Assembly: GCA_000166095.1 (NCBI GenBank)
Contig: CP002278.1
Coordinates: 60,001-92,000, forward strand
Reading direction: 5' to 3'
Length of the DNA stretch: 32,000 nt
Source of the DNA: Methanothermus fervidus DSM 2088
Lineage (GTDB): Archaea > Methanobacteriota > Methanobacteria > DSM-2088 > Methanothermaceae
This document shows, piece after piece, positions 28,848-32,000 of this stretch; positions within the stretch are counted from its first letter, which is position 1; each line of letters begins with the position of its first letter. The translations under genes were made by a program, and so were the position numbers. Below the pieces are notes generated by a model. That model was not told where the DNA came from. It was given only the letters and a program-made list of their open reading frames with translations, and made no database searches.

Positions 28848-30509
28848 CTAGGTAAATTTTTTAAATTTTCTCTTTATAAATTTAACACCATAGTTTTTAT
28901 TCATAACAATACTTTTTTGCCAATTATCTTTTCTTTGAGGATAATCTTCTCTAAAATGCGCACCACGGCTCTCTTTCCTTATGAGTGCAGATTTTATCAC
29001 TAATTTAGCCACTGTAATCATATTTCTTAATTCAATTACTTCTTGTAAATATTTATTGAAACCAGAAGTTTCAGGTACATAAACATCGTCCATTTTAATT
29101 TGAATTTCATTTATATCTTTTAATGCTGATTTAAGACCATCTTTATTTCTTATTATAGAAACATTTTCCCACATAGTCTTCTGTAATTTTTCTTTTAATT
29201 TAGTTGGAGATATATTACCATCTTTAACCATTGATTTAATTTTGTATTCTTCTTCCTCAATTTGTGTTTTATTTAGATTTGTATCATTTTTTATTGCATT
29301 CTTTGCAGCTGCTTCACCAGCTCTTTTACCAAAGACTTGTGTTTCAGCTAGTGCATTTCCACCAAGCCTGTTGGCACCATGTACTCCTCCAGCAACTTCA
29401 CCTGCAGCAAAAAGATTTTTTATATTTGTTCGACACCATTCATCGATTCTAACTCCACCCATAAAATGGTGTGCTGTTGGAGCAACCTCCATAGGTTCCT
29501 CACGAATATCTATACCAACATCTTTGAATTGAATAAACATGCTTTCTAATTTTTCCTCAATGACTTTTGCTGGAAGATGCGTAACATCGAGATAAACCCC
29601 ACCATGTTCTGTACCTCGTCCTTCCATAATCTCAGTATAGATGGCCCTTGAAACAACATCTCTTGTTGCCAACTCCATTCTTTGATCATATTTTTTCATA
29701 AATCTTTCACCATTTTTATTGAGAAGTATTCCTCCTTCAGCCCTTACAGCTTCAGTAACAAGAACTCCACGCATAGATTCTGGATAAACCATGCCTGTTG
29801 GATGAAATTGAACTTGTTCCATGTCTAATAAATCTGCTCCAGCATTCCAAGCGAGTGCATAGCCATCACCACATTTTTGAACAGGGTTTGAAGTTATTGG
29901 ATACAGATTTCCTGCTCCACCGGTAGCTAAAATTATAGATTTCGATTTAAAAGCAATAGTCTCTGAATTTTTTAAATTTAATCCTAACACACCTTTGGCA
30001 ACCCCATCTTCAACTATTAACGATGTTATCATTATTTCATCCATTGTTTGAATTTCACGTCTTATTATTTCTTCTTTTAATGCAGTTATTATTTCTAATC
30101 CGGTTCTATCTCCATGATAACATGTTCTTCTATAGCTTTGTCCTCCAAATGGTCTTTGGTCAATTTCACCTGATTCTTTACGGTCAAATATTGCACCATA
30201 ATTTTCAAGATCTATCAAACGTTTTGGAGCTTCTTTTACAAGTATTTCAACAAGCTTAGAATCATTTAAAAAACTTCCTCCTTTTATTGTATCTATATAA
30301 TGAGCTTCAAAACTATCATCTGGATCTACAGTGCCTAATACTGCGTTGTAACCACCTTCAGCCATTCCTGTACATCCTGATTTAAATGATAATCCTTTAG
30401 ATACTATTAATGGTTCTAAACCATTTTCTGATACTTCTATGGCTGCTCTGCACCCTGCTCCTCCGGAACCTATAATTAAGACGTCGCATTCAATTATTTC
30501 GCTTTCCAT
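28848..30509 (-). CDS. tfrA: Fumarate reductase/succinate dehydrogenase-type flavoprotein, probably thiol:fumarate reductase subunit A
   Basis: 553 aa with FAD dinucleotide fold DVLIIGSGGAGCRAA, plus HPTG, GGNAL and RGAHFREDYP motifs of the Frd/Sdh flavoprotein family. The methanogen context suggests TfrA rather than SdhA or NadB. Confidence 0.75.
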   Translation of the reverse strand: MESEIIECDVLIIGSGGAGCRAAIEVSENGLEPLIVSKGLSFKSGCTGMAEGGYNAVLGTVDPDDSFEAHYIDTIKGGSFLNDSKLVEILVKEAPKRLIDLENYGAIFDRKESGEIDQRPFGGQSYRRTCYHGDRTGLEIITALKEEIIRREIQTMDEIMITSLIVEDGVAKGVLGLNLKNSETIAFKSKSIILATGGAGNLYPITSNPVQKCGDGYALAWNAGADLLDMEQVQFHPTGMVYPESMRGVLVTEAVRAEGGILLNKNGERFMKKYDQRMELATRDVVSRAIYTEIMEGRGTEHGGVYLDVTHLPAKVIEEKLESMFIQFKDVGIDIREEPMEVAPTAHHFMGGVRIDEWCRTNIKNLFAAGEVAGGVHGANRLGGNALAETQVFGKRAGEAAAKNAIKNDTNLNKTQIEEEEYKIKSMVKDGNISPTKLKEKLQKTMWENVSIIRNKDGLKSALKDINEIQIKMDDVYVPETSGFNKYLQEVIELRNMITVAKLVIKSALIRKESRGAHFREDYPQRKDNWQKSIVMNKNYGVKFIKRKFKKFT

Positions 30510-30590
30510 AATTTAAAATTTTAAAAAAAGAACATATAAACATTGTTAATTACTCATCATTAAAAAATTTTATTATATTATTACAAATTG

Positions 30591-30648
30591 AATCAGAGTA
30601 GAACGCCTTCATCATTCTAAAACCATCAGACACATTTGTCATCATTTT
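30591..30648 (-). ncRNA. Box C/D sRNA (downstream member of a tandem pair)
   Basis: The minus strand reads AUGAUGA-caaaugugu-CUGA-(10 nt)-AUGAUGA-aggcguucuacu-CUGA. All boxes are perfect, the D guide is 12 nt and the C-to-D' spacing is only 9 nt. Confidence 0.75.
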
Positions 30649-30664
30649 TCTCATAGAATAAATT

Positions 30665-30720
30665 AATCAGATTTCACCTCCTTCATCATAACAAAATTCA
30701 GAGAAAGGATTCATCATTCT
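30665..30720 (-). ncRNA. Box C/D sRNA (upstream member of a tandem pair)
   Basis: The minus strand reads AUGAUGA-auccuuucu-CUGA-(8 nt)-AUGAUGA-aggaggugaaau-CUGA. A TATA-like TTATAAATA lies about 30 nt upstream on the same strand. Confidence 0.75.
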
Positions 30721-30785
30721 ACATTATTTATTTTACTAAAAAACAATTATTTATAACTTAGCTAAATGTAATCATTCAAAAAATT

Positions 30786-31454
30786 TTGGTGATAAAATTG
30801 AAAATAAAAAATAAACTCATATTTGCAGCTGATTTGGATAATTTAGATGAAGTAAATAACATTTTAAATCAAATATCAAATTTAATTAACACTGTAAAAA
30901 TTGGATATCCATTAGTTTTATCAGAAGGTATAGAATGTATATCCAAATTTAAAAATTTAGGTTATAATGTAATTGCAGATTTCAAGGTGGCAGATATCCC
31001 AGCAACAAATAAAAAAATATGTAAAATAACTTTTGAAAAAGGTGCGGATGCTATAATTGTCCATGGTTTTGTTGGTAAAGATAGTGTGAAGGCGTGTAAA
31101 GACATTGCAAAAAAAATGAATAAAGAATTATTTTTAGTTGTTGACATGTCACATCCAGGATCAAGACAGTTTTTAGAAAAAAACTCTAAAGAAATAGCTA
31201 AAATAGGATTAGAATTAGGAATAAAAAATTATGTTTTACCATCTACAAAACCAAAAATTGGATTAGAAATACGTAAAATTCTTGGAGATGAAGCATTTGT
31301 AATATCTCCTGGGATAGGAGTACAGGGAGGTGAAATAAAAAAAACATTAAAATTTGCTGATGCAATTATAGTGGGTAGGAGTATCTACCAATCAAAAGAT
31401 CCAATGACAACCACAAAAAAATTAATTAATCATATAAATTTAGCTATTTCATAA
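30786..31454 (+). CDS. pyrF: Orotidine 5'-phosphate decarboxylase
   Basis: DFKVADIPATN, DMSHPG, ISPGIGVQGG and IIVGRSIY motifs. Close colinear resemblance to the Methanothermobacter ODCase sequence as I recall it. The true start may be TTG 30798, which has GGTGA 5 nt upstream. Confidence 0.95.
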   Translation: MVIKLKIKNKLIFAADLDNLDEVNNILNQISNLINTVKIGYPLVLSEGIECISKFKNLGYNVIADFKVADIPATNKKICKITFEKGADAIIVHGFVGKDSVKACKDIAKKMNKELFLVVDMSHPGSRQFLEKNSKEIAKIGLELGIKNYVLPSTKPKIGLEIRKILGDEAFVISPGIGVQGGEIKKTLKFADAIIVGRSIYQSKDPMTTTKKLINHINLAIS

Positions 31455-31933
31455 GATATTTCAAATAATAAAAAGTAAAAAAATGTTTCAAGCTGGAAAA
31501 CATTGATGAAAGCCAGGATCCCTACAACTATTTTTAATACACATCTATATTCAAATAATTTTTTAATGAGAATGTTTTTAAAATACACTGAATTTTCATG
31601 CCATATTTCATCCATATATGCTGCTAATGCACAAATTAACATGAAAATGCTTAATGAAGGCATGCCAAGTATAAATACAACTAATAAAAATATTATGGCT
31701 GTGAAAAAATGTGGAGGTGAATCTACTTTACCTGCGAGAAGTGTACCCAGAAATATGCCAAAAAAAATTTGAGCTGCATCACTGCTCACAGTGACCAAAA
31801 TTCCTAATAATATTCCACAGATTATTCCAGCAATTATACTCACATCATAATTCCTATGCATGTCCCAAGCATCATCAGAAATTTTCATTAAAAAACCACT
31901 TATAGGGTAAATCAATGCTTCTATCAACATCAA
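31430..31933 (-). CDS. Hypothetical integral membrane protein
   Basis: 167 aa with about 5 hydrophobic helices. Converges on pyrF and overlaps its 3' end by 25 nt. No diagnostic motif. Confidence 0.55.
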   Translation of the reverse strand: MMLIEALIYPISGFLMKISDDAWDMHRNYDVSIIAGIICGILLGILVTVSSDAAQIFFGIFLGTLLAGKVDSPPHFFTAIIFLLVVFILGMPSLSIFMLICALAAYMDEIWHENSVYFKNILIKKLFEYRCVLKIVVGILAFINVFQLETFFYFLLFEISYEIAKFI

Positions 31934-31935
31934 TG

Positions 31936-32000
31936 TTAACCCTCGTCAATTGCTGCAGCAACCAATAGAGGAAATATTATCGTTACATCTCCAACTACTG
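31936..32000 (-). CDS. Partial CDS: the C-terminal 20 codons of an upstream gene that extends beyond the window end
   Basis: The minus-strand frame is open from the window edge (...VVGDVTIIFPLLVAAAIDEG) to a TAA at 31938-31936, 2 nt before the next gene's start. Too short to identify. Confidence 0.3.
   Translation of the reverse strand, partial: VVGDVTIIFPLLVAAAIDEG

Noticed and set aside
30549-30561. A lone AATGATGA (C-box-like) on the minus strand upstream of the TfrA-like gene
   Set aside because: No CUGA follows within 9-14 nt and there is no second module. It sits in the promoter/TATA region of the TfrA-like gene, so it is probably a chance match.

Overview
This window looks like core chromosome from an AT-rich, hyperthermophilic, pseudomurein-type methanogen. 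It resembles Methanothermus/Methanobacteriales. Three things support this: a cyclic 2,3-diphosphoglycerate synthetase, a soluble MtrA homologue, and very GC-rich tRNAs in a roughly 30% GC background.

I support 31 CDSs (two of them partial at the window edges), two tandem tRNA-Gly genes and four box C/D sRNA loci. Coding content:
- a NikR-like regulator divergent from a TroA/Znu-type ABC transporter
- pelota
- an MraY-like/MurG-like pair followed by an M28 peptidase fusion
- hisF, an Ogg-type glycosylase and an MtrA-like protein
- two radical SAM proteins, acs, cpgS, ilvD, a Sec11-type signal peptidase and argS
- an HMG-CoA synthase plus thiolase pair, a TfrA-like flavoprotein and pyrF
- two thermosome paralogues in inverted orientation

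I see no CRISPR array, transposase, integrase or recognisable defence system. The parts not explained by ordinary gene calls are all noncoding or structural:
1. Two diverged copies of a 350-410 nt noncoding element fill the two largest divergent intergenic regions (about 4564-4918 and 19420-19826).
2. Four box C/D sRNA loci lie on the minus strand. One has three C-guide-D modules. One has a C box that contains the stop codon of the upstream gene and sits just upstream of the tRNA pair. One has a guide that mimics a Shine-Dalgarno sequence.
3. The two thermosome genes share nucleotide-identical tracts, which indicates gene conversion that spares the apical domain.

Product calls rest on motifs read from the translations and on recalled family knowledge. 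No database search was run.
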